Positions 17,692 to 26,280 of a stretch of 64,000 nt of DNA are shown here, piece by piece; position 1 is the stretch's first letter, and each line of letters opens with the position of its first letter. The stretch is from Bdellovibrionales bacterium Ga0074139 (GTDB lineage: Bacteria > Bdellovibrionota > Bdellovibrionia > Bdellovibrionales > Bdellovibrionaceae). A program made the translations under genes and the position numbers. The stretch is taken from NCBI GenBank assembly GCA_001464795.1, contig LNEB01000001.1, positions 57,924-121,923 of the forward strand, written 5' to 3'. The notes below the pieces were generated by a model that was given only the letters and a program-made list of their open reading frames with translations, searched no databases and was not told where the DNA came from.

Positions 17692-18912
17692 ATGGGAAAA
17701 TATCTTTACCAAGCTAAAAATTTAGCAGGAGCTTACAAAAGTGGTGTTTTAGATGCTTCCAATGAGCAAGAGGCCAGGCTTCGTTTAAAATCAATGAAAT
17801 TGGAACCTATCAAACTTGTCTCCGCTGGTGGCGGTTCCAGTGGCATGGGTGAATTTGAACTCTTTAAAGCCACTAAAATTACAGCTAAAGAGCTTCAGGT
17901 TTTCACAAGACAGTTAGCAACTCTGATTAATGCGGGTATTACCGTTGTGGATTCCTTAAAAATTTTGATTGATGGAACAAGGCCTGGAGTTTTAAAAGAC
18001 GCTCTTACAAAAATCAAAGCTGATATTGAAACCGGAAAACGGTTTTCGACAGCCCTTGCTTCTCATCCCAAAATTTTTGATCGGCTTTATTGTAACCTGG
18101 TCGAAGCGGGTGAAGAAGCAGGTATTATTGATCAAATTTTAAATCGCCTTTCTATTTATATTGAAAAAAATCAAAAAATTAAATCACAAGTGAAAGGTGC
18201 GATGGTCATGCCAATCGTGATCATCCTTTTTGCAGCTTTGGTCATTGTGGGAATTTTATTATTTGTAATTCCAAAATTAAGAGAAGTCTTCGAGGCAGGT
18301 GGGCAAAAGCTTCCGGCATTAACACAAATGGTGATCAATTTAAGTGATAGTTTGTTTGCTAATTGGTACATTTATATTGCTGTATGTGTTGGCGGACCCG
18401 TTGCTTTTTTTCAGTATATCAAGACTGAAGAGGGAAAAAAAATATTCGATCATTATGTTGTTCATGTTCCCATGTTTGGAAGTCTTGTTTTAAGATCAAG
18501 CGTTGCAAGGCTCACTCGAACTTTATCTACACTTCTGTCTTCGGGTGTGGGCCTTATTGATGCGATCGATATCGCCGCTCGCACATCTGGAAACTATGCC
18601 ATTGAAGAGGCATTATTAAGAACGAAAGCTCAAGTTTTACAAGGTAAACCGTTTGCTGTTCCACTTGCTAAAGAAAAACTAATTCCTGAAATGGTGACGC
18701 AAATGATCGGCATCGGAGAGCAATCAGGTTCAGTGGATCAAATGCTAGGTAAAATTGCTGACTTTTATGAAGACGAAGTTGAAAATGCAGTTAAGGGTTT
18801 AACTTCCATGATTGAGCCCGTCATGATGATTTTTCTGGGTGGAGCGATTGCCATATTAGTCGTGGCCATGTACTTGCCAGTATTTAGTTTGGGTGATGTG
18901 GTTGGAAACTAG
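17692..18912 (+). CDS. pilC: type IV pilus platform protein PilC (GspF family)
   Basis: 406 aa with two T2SSF repeats and 3 TM segments, immediately after pilB. Confidence 0.9.
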   Translation: MGKYLYQAKNLAGAYKSGVLDASNEQEARLRLKSMKLEPIKLVSAGGGSSGMGEFELFKATKITAKELQVFTRQLATLINAGITVVDSLKILIDGTRPGVLKDALTKIKADIETGKRFSTALASHPKIFDRLYCNLVEAGEEAGIIDQILNRLSIYIEKNQKIKSQVKGAMVMPIVIILFAALVIVGILLFVIPKLREVFEAGGQKLPALTQMVINLSDSLFANWYIYIAVCVGGPVAFFQYIKTEEGKKIFDHYVVHVPMFGSLVLRSSVARLTRTLSTLLSSGVGLIDAIDIAARTSGNYAIEEALLRTKAQVLQGKPFAVPLAKEKLIPEMVTQMIGIGEQSGSVDQMLGKIADFYEDEVENAVKGLTSMIEPVMMIFLGGAIAILVVAMYLPVFSLGDVVGN

Positions 18913-20401
18913 GATCCTATTTGGTTTCTCTAGGATCTCCATATTTGTATTACTACTCATCATAGGAATTTTGGGACTGGTCGTGAACGCCAGATTTCAA
19001 TCCTTAGATCTCACTTCCAGTTGGTTGCTAGTGGCTCTTTTGGGTCTCATAACAAATGGGATTCTTCATTTAGGATTTCAAGATAATAAGCTCGCACGAC
19101 GTATCGGGACTGCATTATGTAATGCTTTTATAAGTTATTTGTTTCTGCAGATGCAATCTGCCCAGTCACTATTCTTAATATTGATTTTGCTCAATATTCT
19201 GATTGTAGGTCTTGAAGATGGAACAGAAGAGGCCACTCACTTATCATTGATCTCCAGTGCTTTTTTTTCACTGACAATCATTTTGAGTCAAAATTTTTCC
19301 CACTTTCAAGATTTACTTTCTTTAGGATTATTTAATTTATCTTGTTTTATGACAGCCGCTTTGTCAGGGCTCTACTCTGAAAAATTAAAATCATCAGAAA
19401 CTGAACTGGTTCAATCAAAAGATTTACTTCAGGATTTAGACACTCGCCACCGTGTCTTAATTTCTGAATTACCTCTTGGGGTGATTGTTTTTGATGAAAT
19501 GGGTGCTTTGGTAGAAAAAAATTCTTATTTTGAAAATCAGATCTCTGAACTTATTTCAGCAGCTGATATTTTTCATAACTTAAACAAAAATCTACGAGTC
19601 CGTAAAGGCTCTGAGGTCTTTGACTTACTTTTAAGACATCAAGAGATTGCCTCAGGCGATAAGAAATATCTTATGGTGCTAATCGAAGATGTGACTCAAA
19701 ATCGCAAGCTCGAAGAAAGTTTAAAGCAGAATGAAAAGATGGCAGCTATTGGCACCCTGGCTGCTGGAATAGCCCATGAAATACGAAATCCTCTGGCAGG
19801 AATGAGTGGCAGTGTGGAATTGTTATCACTCAAGCCCAACACAGAAGAAGATCAAAAATTATTTAGAATTATTTTACGTGAAATCGATCGATTGAATCGA
19901 TTGATTTCAGAATTTCTTGATTACTCGAAACCTAGCACTCTGCTTACGGATAAAATTTCAATCAAGAGTGTCTTAATGGGTGTATTAAAATTGCTTGAAG
20001 AAAGTACGGATAGACCTAAAAATCTTCAGCTAAAGGTGGATTTAATTGATGAGGCTCGCATACTAGGCTCTCAAGATCAGCTCAAGCAGGCCTTTCTGAA
20101 TATCGTGATTAATTCATTTCAAGCCATGAAGGGAATCGAGCAGCCTGAGGTTGTTATATCACTTGTGAAATCTGAAGATAATAAAAGTATAAGGCTTATT
20201 TTTAAAGATAATGGCTGTGGAATGAAGCCCGAGACAAAAGTGAAAATGTTTGAGCCCTTTCATACGACTAAACCCAAAGGAACAGGCCTTGGTCTAGCTA
20301 TTACTCACAAAATTTTGCAATCTCATCAAGCGGAAGTCCATGTGGAATCCGAGCCCGGACGTGGAACCGAGATTCAATTGATTTTCCCTTGCGCTGATTG
20401 A
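18896..20401 (+). CDS. pilS: PilS-like membrane sensor histidine kinase
   Basis: The ORF starts at GTG 18893, with an ATG at 18896. Multi-TM N-terminus, PAS-like linker, HisKA (AHEIRNPL) and HATPase_c (GTGLGLAI). Located between pilC and a PilR-like regulator. Confidence 0.75.
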   Translation: MWLETRILFGFSRISIFVLLLIIGILGLVVNARFQSLDLTSSWLLVALLGLITNGILHLGFQDNKLARRIGTALCNAFISYLFLQMQSAQSLFLILILLNILIVGLEDGTEEATHLSLISSAFFSLTIILSQNFSHFQDLLSLGLFNLSCFMTAALSGLYSEKLKSSETELVQSKDLLQDLDTRHRVLISELPLGVIVFDEMGALVEKNSYFENQISELISAADIFHNLNKNLRVRKGSEVFDLLLRHQEIASGDKKYLMVLIEDVTQNRKLEESLKQNEKMAAIGTLAAGIAHEIRNPLAGMSGSVELLSLKPNTEEDQKLFRIILREIDRLNRLISEFLDYSKPSTLLTDKISIKSVLMGVLKLLEESTDRPKNLQLKVDLIDEARILGSQDQLKQAFLNIVINSFQAMKGIEQPEVVISLVKSEDNKSIRLIFKDNGCGMKPETKVKMFEPFHTTKPKGTGLGLAITHKILQSHQAEVHVESEPGRGTEIQLIFPCAD

Positions 20402-20437
20402 TTTCCCAAATCAAAATAAACTAATCGGGAGAATTAA

Positions 20438-21838
20438 ATGAAGCCACGCATTCTTGTTGTTGATGATGAAGAATCTATTCGTGAATTTTTAGAAATCATG
20501 TTGAAAAAAGAGGGATTTGAAATCACTCTTGCAGAAGACGGTGCTGTGGCCAAAGATATCTTGGGAAAAAAAACCTTTGATATGATTATTTCAGATCTAC
20601 AAATGCCCAACATGAATGGAATCGAACTTCTTAAGCATGTTAAAGATTCTAGTCCTGACACAGTTTTTATGATGATCACAGCTTTTGGTACTACGGAAAC
20701 TGCGGTTGAAGCCATGAAAATGGGCGCTTATGATTATATCACAAAGCCCTTCAAAATTGACGAAGTCAGATTGAATATCAACAACGCCTTGAGATCAAAA
20801 AATCTCGAAGTGGAAAATAGATCACTTAAAAAAGAACTTGTTAAAGAATACAGCTTTCAAAATATCATTGGTAATTCTCAGGCCATGCATCAGATCTATG
20901 ATTTGATTAAACGTGTGTCGCAAGCTCCAACAAATATTTTAGTCACTGGGGAATCAGGAACAGGAAAAGAAGTGGTTGCAAAAGCCATTCATTATAATGG
21001 TCCACTTAAAGATCGACCTTTTGTTACAATCAATTGCGGAGCCATCCCTGAAAACTTAATGGAATCCGAAATGTTCGGTCATAAAAAAGGTTCTTTCACA
21101 GGTGCCATTTCAGATAAAGTGGGACTTTTTGAAGTGGCCGACGGTGGAACTCTTTTCCTTGATGAGGTCGGAGAACTTCCGATCACAATTCAGGTGAAAC
21201 TTCTAAGAGCTATTCAAGAGCGGGTGATTCGAAGAGTCGGTGCCACTGATGATCATAAAATTGAAGTGCGTATCATTGCAGCTACCAATCGAAATTTAGA
21301 AGATATGGTGAAGAATGGTGGATTCAGGCAAGATCTTTATTACCGTCTGAATGTGATCAATATCAAAACCCCTCCGCTTCGTGACCGTAAGGAAGATATT
21401 CCTATTTTGGCCCACCATTTTTTAAAGAAATATAATGATAAGCTGGGAAAAAATATCAACGGTATCAGCACAGAAGCCATGGAAGTGCTAGCCAATTACG
21501 ACTACCCAGGAAATGTGCGAGAATTAGAAAATATGCTGGAAAGAACAGTGGCCCTTGAAGGTGGATCCACTGTGCTTCCTGAAAGCTTGCCACCACTGGT
21601 GAACACACCATCGGGACGCAAGATGGCATCAAGCCATGAGATCGAAGTGACGGACCAGGGTGTGGATCTTGATAAAGTCATGGGACAAATTGAAAAAGAG
21701 CTATTGATCAAGGCCATCCATACAGCGGGTGGCGTGAAAAAAAGGGCTGCAAAACTACTGAATATTACTTTCAGATCCATGCGCTACCGAGTTGAGAAAT
21801 ACAACTTAGGCACTGTGGACGATTTGGACGAAGAATAG
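20438..21838 (+). CDS. pilR: PilR-like sigma-54-dependent response regulator
   Basis: REC domain, AAA+ domain (GESGTGKE, and GSFTGA in place of GAFTGA), and a Fis HTH. Follows the PilS-like kinase. Confidence 0.85.
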   Translation: MKPRILVVDDEESIREFLEIMLKKEGFEITLAEDGAVAKDILGKKTFDMIISDLQMPNMNGIELLKHVKDSSPDTVFMMITAFGTTETAVEAMKMGAYDYITKPFKIDEVRLNINNALRSKNLEVENRSLKKELVKEYSFQNIIGNSQAMHQIYDLIKRVSQAPTNILVTGESGTGKEVVAKAIHYNGPLKDRPFVTINCGAIPENLMESEMFGHKKGSFTGAISDKVGLFEVADGGTLFLDEVGELPITIQVKLLRAIQERVIRRVGATDDHKIEVRIIAATNRNLEDMVKNGGFRQDLYYRLNVINIKTPPLRDRKEDIPILAHHFLKKYNDKLGKNINGISTEAMEVLANYDYPGNVRELENMLERTVALEGGSTVLPESLPPLVNTPSGRKMASSHEIEVTDQGVDLDKVMGQIEKELLIKAIHTAGGVKKRAAKLLNITFRSMRYRVEKYNLGTVDDLDEE

Positions 21839-21879
21839 TTTCTTTTTTGGATTAGGAAGCTTCTGGCAAGGAGTTTTCA

Positions 21880-24432
21880 ATGCAAACGATGTCATTTAGA
21901 ATAGTTTTGATTTCAACACTCATTTTGGCGGTTTTCACTCAACTGGGCTGCCGAAAAATGGCATCACAAAATCCTATAGACACTTTTCATGACGGGCGAT
22001 TTCCTAGGCAGCTTGAAAGCCTAAGATCACAAGTTCGTGAAATGACAGTTCAACAGCGAGAAGCTATCTTAGCTAGGGTTGCGCAAGATCAGAATAACCC
22101 GAATCTTTTAAATGTAGCAGTGATTGATAGTGGGGTGGATATCGCACACCCTGATCTCCAGGCTCAACTTGCTTACCGAGTTGAAAATGGCCGAATTTTA
22201 GGTGCAGGGTTTGATTTAATGGGAAACGCTGAATCGGGAACTCATGTTTTTGTAAATCCTAATTTATTTGCTTTTGCTTCTGAGGGTCTTAAAAACGGAA
22301 AAATTACAGGTGTAAATCAAGCTCCGCTTCAGTTTATTAAAAAAATGCAAGATCGATTGGCTGATCTAATTTTAAGTGAGATGCAAAAAGATCCTGTTTT
22401 AATGGCCAGTCGATTTGCTAAAATTAGTCGCGAGTCATTGCAATTTCTGCAACTTGCAGAGCTTGCCGAGAACTCGAAAGATCAACTCGAGTATTATCAA
22501 GATTTTAAAGACAATAACAGACTTATCACTGATACGACCTATAATATTCGTCCAGAGGGTGTTGAAGGCCGTTCTGTATATCGACTTCTAGATTCCGAGT
22601 GGCGTCCTTTGATGGGTGAAATTGAAACGGAAGTCATCGACTTTATTTATCAAGTTGAACATGCGGATCGATTTTTTAAAATAGTTAAAAATGCATTTGA
22701 AACAGTTGAAAAAGAATTTCAGTACACAGAGCGAGTGAAACGCACGATTCATTTTATGAAAGGTGGCGGTGAAAGCACTGATAGTGCTGATGTAAAAAAA
22801 GAACTTGAAGTGGCTTTTCGCTTTGTTCAATATGGTCCTGATGCATTCGACCCCATTTTGAAAATGAAGTCCTATTTTAGTAACATACGTCAGTACTCTC
22901 ATATGTCTTTGGGGGTGGCATTAAGTACTTATGCAAATGACCTCGAGTTCGACTACAAAGAAACATTGAAGAGAAAAGATCTCGAGCCAGAAATGCGAAA
23001 AATTATGAATCGTGGAATCGATAATTTAAATTTCTTTCGATCCATGGCAAAATCCATCGAAAATTTAGAAAAAGATCCTGAAGCCTACAAAAAATTTCGT
23101 AGCGGTTTGCGTAAGTATGTACATCGAACTCAACATCCTTTTTTACATAAAGAAAGCAATGGCAATAGTCACGGAACCCATGTTGCGGCTACTATTGCAA
23201 AACAAAATCCTAACATTCGAATTGTACCCATTCGAGTCACCACATCATCTGTGGTTGCATCAAAAGATCGATTTGAAAAGGTTCTCAATCAGTTGTCATT
23301 AGATTTTGATGAATGGCTGAAAGTTCCAATGGTTCAAGAGCTAATCTCAGAAATTAAAAAAGAGTACACGGGGATTCAAATCTCTGAATCCACAATAAAA
23401 CGAGTTTTTAAAAAGTACTTCAAAAAAAATGAACTCAATGCCCTTTTTATAACTGAAGTATTAAAAGCCATTGAAGTTGTGGGTTCACAGAATATCAAAC
23501 TGGCCAATGTATCATTGGGGACTAATTTTGAAAAAGATCATAAATTAAAAGATAGAATCGATTCCTTTGTTGTGGATTTGATCGCTGAATTCGTGCGATA
23601 CCGAATGGGTCAAACGATGTTAGAAAAGGCCCCCCATACTTTATTTTTAATTGCCACGGGAAATGATAATGCTTGGTTCGATGGTGTAACACGATCAGCT
23701 TTTCCTGTTGGAATTCGTTCTATGAGGTTACAAAAAATTTCAGATGAAAAAGGCTTACCTGTTTCGCCAAACAATAAAACGAATAATGTCGTAGGTGTTG
23801 CCAGTGTGAATCCCACAGGATCACTGACTGCATTCACAAATTTTTCAATACAAAAAGATTTTCCGCAAATTTTTTCAACAGGTGAGGAAATTATGGCTGC
23901 CATACCACCTAAAGAATTAAAAGCCGTAGAGAGTAGATTTGAAAAATACACGCTTCGTATAGAGGTCGCAACTGCCACGGTAAAAACTATTCAGTTGTCA
24001 GAAATGATTAAAAATCGAGATCGCTATGATAACGTTGCAAGAGCAGAAGCTGAACTCAAAGACAAAGCCTTAACTGCTTCTGTCGAAACTTTGGCACAAA
24101 TGCTTCATTTTAATTCTCCGATTACTCGTCAAGCTATGTCAGGAACTTCCATGGCAACACCGACGGTGACAGGGGAATTGGCTGACTTTACTATTAAACG
24201 TGCCATTTCGACCAATCAACCAGTGAAAACTCACTTTGCTTCTCGTGAGCTGAGTCCTGAAGTTCTAACGCGGGACTTGATGGCCATGGCAAAGACTGGC
24301 CCTTACTCAAGATATATGGTAGTTGAAGTCAGAACACTTGTGGATAAAATCCAAAAATGGCCCACATCAAAAGGCCAAATTGCAACGGATAAAGCGATTA
24401 AGTGTTTGAGTGTGATTTCAAAGACTCCATAG
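21880..24432 (+). CDS. S8 (subtilisin-family) serine peptidase lipoprotein with large insertions
   Basis: Lipobox ...AVFTQLGC. Catalytic motifs are AVIDSGVD (Asp83), NSHGTHVA (His431), ATGND (oxyanion Asn) and SGTSMATP (Ser757). Confidence 0.85.
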   Translation: MQTMSFRIVLISTLILAVFTQLGCRKMASQNPIDTFHDGRFPRQLESLRSQVREMTVQQREAILARVAQDQNNPNLLNVAVIDSGVDIAHPDLQAQLAYRVENGRILGAGFDLMGNAESGTHVFVNPNLFAFASEGLKNGKITGVNQAPLQFIKKMQDRLADLILSEMQKDPVLMASRFAKISRESLQFLQLAELAENSKDQLEYYQDFKDNNRLITDTTYNIRPEGVEGRSVYRLLDSEWRPLMGEIETEVIDFIYQVEHADRFFKIVKNAFETVEKEFQYTERVKRTIHFMKGGGESTDSADVKKELEVAFRFVQYGPDAFDPILKMKSYFSNIRQYSHMSLGVALSTYANDLEFDYKETLKRKDLEPEMRKIMNRGIDNLNFFRSMAKSIENLEKDPEAYKKFRSGLRKYVHRTQHPFLHKESNGNSHGTHVAATIAKQNPNIRIVPIRVTTSSVVASKDRFEKVLNQLSLDFDEWLKVPMVQELISEIKKEYTGIQISESTIKRVFKKYFKKNELNALFITEVLKAIEVVGSQNIKLANVSLGTNFEKDHKLKDRIDSFVVDLIAEFVRYRMGQTMLEKAPHTLFLIATGNDNAWFDGVTRSAFPVGIRSMRLQKISDEKGLPVSPNNKTNNVVGVASVNPTGSLTAFTNFSIQKDFPQIFSTGEEIMAAIPPKELKAVESRFEKYTLRIEVATATVKTIQLSEMIKNRDRYDNVARAEAELKDKALTASVETLAQMLHFNSPITRQAMSGTSMATPTVTGELADFTIKRAISTNQPVKTHFASRELSPEVLTRDLMAMAKTGPYSRYMVVEVRTLVDKIQKWPTSKGQIATDKAIKCLSVISKTP

Positions 24433-24498
24433 CTCAAATGGATAGAGCATGCGTTTCCTAAACGCCAGATCCAGGTTCAATTCCTGGTGGGGTCACCA
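24423..24498 (+). tRNA. tRNA-Arg (anticodon CCT)
   Basis: Hand-folded cloverleaf. Acceptor stem GACTCCA/TGGGGTC (one G-U pair). D arm GCTC-AAATGGATA-GAGC. Anticodon arm with loop TTCCTAA (U33, CCT, A37). T arm CCAGG-TTCAATT-CCTGG. Discriminator A and an encoded CCA. Confidence 0.88.
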
Positions 24499-24560
24499 GT
24501 GTTTAATTCTTTAAAAGATCTTACAATTTAATTCTTTATAAGCAATAGTAAAGTCCACAA

Positions 24561-24932
24561 ATGTACTCATTTATCGCTGTCTTATTTTTCGGTTTATTAG
24601 GTCTATCAAGTCGCTTTGCCATCGATCATTATTTTATGAAATGGAACAGTCATTATCCTCTTACGACACTGATTATCAACTTACTGGGCTCTTTCTTAGC
24701 TGGTCTTATTTATTCTCTTAGTACTTCCTCAAAAGAAATCTCTTCGATTTTGCAAATGGGTTTGCTGGTTGGCTTTTGTGGAGGGTTTACAACCTTTTCG
24801 GCTTATTCTTTACAAACTCTGCAAATGCTTGAGCGTGGTAAAATCACAGTGGCCTTAGCGTATTTATTTTTAAGTCCAGTGCTTGGCTTGTTGATGGCCT
24901 TCCTACCTGTTTATTTTATGAAAAGACTTTGA
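24561..24932 (+). CDS. crcB: fluoride ion channel CrcB/FluC
   Basis: 123 aa, 4 TM segments, with the characteristic GFCGGFTTFSAYS motif. Confidence 0.85.
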   Translation: MYSFIAVLFFGLLGLSSRFAIDHYFMKWNSHYPLTTLIINLLGSFLAGLIYSLSTSSKEISSILQMGLLVGFCGGFTTFSAYSLQTLQMLERGKITVALAYLFLSPVLGLLMAFLPVYFMKRL

Positions 24933-25006
24933 TATTCAATAAATAGATTAACTTAAACTTTATTATCTATTATTAAAATATCTCGATTTTATGTAAACCA
25001 CTTCTT

Positions 25007-25375
25007 ATGAAGAAAAAAACAATATTATTATCCATCGCAGCTTTAGGTGTGGTCTTTTTTATTACACTAAGCTTAGTTGTTTACGGGGCCTTTCAGGGCG
25101 CAAAATATTTACTCAGTCATGCAACGCCACAACTGCAGACGTTGCAGACGGGGAGCTTGCCTGATCTGGCTTCAGCTTATTGGACGCAACTTCAGGCGGG
25201 TTTAAAAACAACTGAATGCCAAACGGCGATTTCTCAAGTCACGAATATTCAAGTTTGGCTTATGGGTGCTGAAGAAAATATGTTTTTACAAATGGGTCTT
25301 AAATGTTTGGGTCAGGCCATTCAGCACAAGCCGGAATCGCAACAAATTGAAGAAAATGAAAACGAAGTGATTTAA
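25007..25375 (+). CDS. hypothetical membrane-anchored protein
   Basis: 122 aa with an N-terminal MKKKT plus a TM anchor, 2 Cys, and an acidic C-terminus. No recognised family. Confidence 0.5.
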   Translation: MKKKTILLSIAALGVVFFITLSLVVYGAFQGAKYLLSHATPQLQTLQTGSLPDLASAYWTQLQAGLKTTECQTAISQVTNIQVWLMGAEENMFLQMGLKCLGQAIQHKPESQQIEENENEVI

Positions 25376-25448
25376 TTTTTTCCAGATTGTCTTGCTTGTG
25401 GATTGTTTTTTATATTAAGAGTTAGCTTCCAACCACAAAGGATGTTTT

Positions 25449-25820
25449 ATGCCTTACGAATTTTACAAGGTTCTTCACTTTATTGGATTGATTTTGACAC
25501 TATCGGGACTTGTGGGTCTGATGTCCTCATTTTTAGCTCAACCAGGTGAAATATCAAAAAAACTTCGTATTTTATGGATGGCTTTGCATGGAACTGGATT
25601 GCTGATCATTTTAGTCAGCGGATTTGGATTGGCTGCCAGGTTAAATTACATCGCTCAACTGCCAGATTGGGTGAAAGTAAAAGTCGGAATTTGGTTTATC
25701 ATTGGCGTAATTGTGATTCTTATTCGAAAAGCTCGTCCGTTCATAAAAATATGGCTGCCGCTGGTGCTTGCATTATTCACTTTTGCAGCCTATCTAGCTG
25801 TTAACAAAGTTGGGGGCTAA
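25449..25820 (+). CDS. hypothetical small 4-TM membrane protein
   Basis: 123 aa with four hydrophobic segments. Its stop is 5 nt before the next gene. Confidence 0.55.
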   Translation: MPYEFYKVLHFIGLILTLSGLVGLMSSFLAQPGEISKKLRILWMALHGTGLLIILVSGFGLAARLNYIAQLPDWVKVKVGIWFIIGVIVILIRKARPFIKIWLPLVLALFTFAAYLAVNKVGG

Positions 25821-25825
25821 TTTTT

Positions 25826-26173
25826 ATGAAAAACTTAATTGCTTTTGTTATTGTTGCTTTGGTGTCAGTTCAGGCTTCAGCCACTTCCATCACGGGTGCA
25901 GAATATAACTCTGGCAACGAAGTTTTATCCCTAAGTTTGGCTTATTTTGGTGGCTTTAAAGATCACAAGTACACTTTAGTTTACGATTCCTGCCAGGAAG
26001 TCAGCGGTGTTAAAGAAGTGGCTGCTAGACTTATTGACTCTGGTTTTGACGACACGGGTCGTCAAGAAATTTTTCAAACGGTGCAATTCTCTCTTAAAGA
26101 TCTGAACTGTAAACCGTCTTGGTTAACAGTCCGCTCAGGTCGCTTCTCATTTGTTACCATCTGGATCGAATAA
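25826..26173 (+). CDS. hypothetical small secreted protein (2 Cys)
   Basis: 115 aa with signal peptide MKNLIAFVIVALVSVQASA. Tightly follows the 4-TM gene and lies upstream of the PA-domain S8 peptidase. Confidence 0.5.
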   Translation: MKNLIAFVIVALVSVQASATSITGAEYNSGNEVLSLSLAYFGGFKDHKYTLVYDSCQEVSGVKEVAARLIDSGFDDTGRQEIFQTVQFSLKDLNCKPSWLTVRSGRFSFVTIWIE

Positions 26174-26240
26174 AATCCTAGTGCCAAAAAGATTTCTTAT
26201 GGCTGGCGTTAGAATTGAATACTCGCCTTAGTGTATGCAT

Positions 26241-26263
26241 TTTGGTATCGACTTGATACCAAA
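26241..26263. repeat. perfect 9-bp inverted repeat (TTTGGTATC-GACTT-GATACCAAA)
   Basis: Read directly from the sequence. It ends about 18 nt before the ATG at 26281 and immediately before the AAGGGGGG RBS. No T-tract follows. Confidence 0.5.
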
Positions 26264-26280
26264 TCCAAGGGGGGATTTTA

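Noticed and set aside
21839-21879. Looked for a sigma-54 (-24 GG / -12 GC) promoter between pilR and the S8 lipoprotein gene.
   Set aside because: The two GG dinucleotides present are followed by GC at the wrong spacing (8 nt) or by no GC at all, so there is no TGGCAC-N5-TTGC-like match.
24499-24560. Looked for a fluoride (crcB-motif) riboswitch upstream of crcB.
   Set aside because: The 62-nt AT-rich spacer has no recognisable pseudoknotted GC-rich crcB-motif core, so it looks like a plain promoter or RBS region. An Infernal scan would be decisive.
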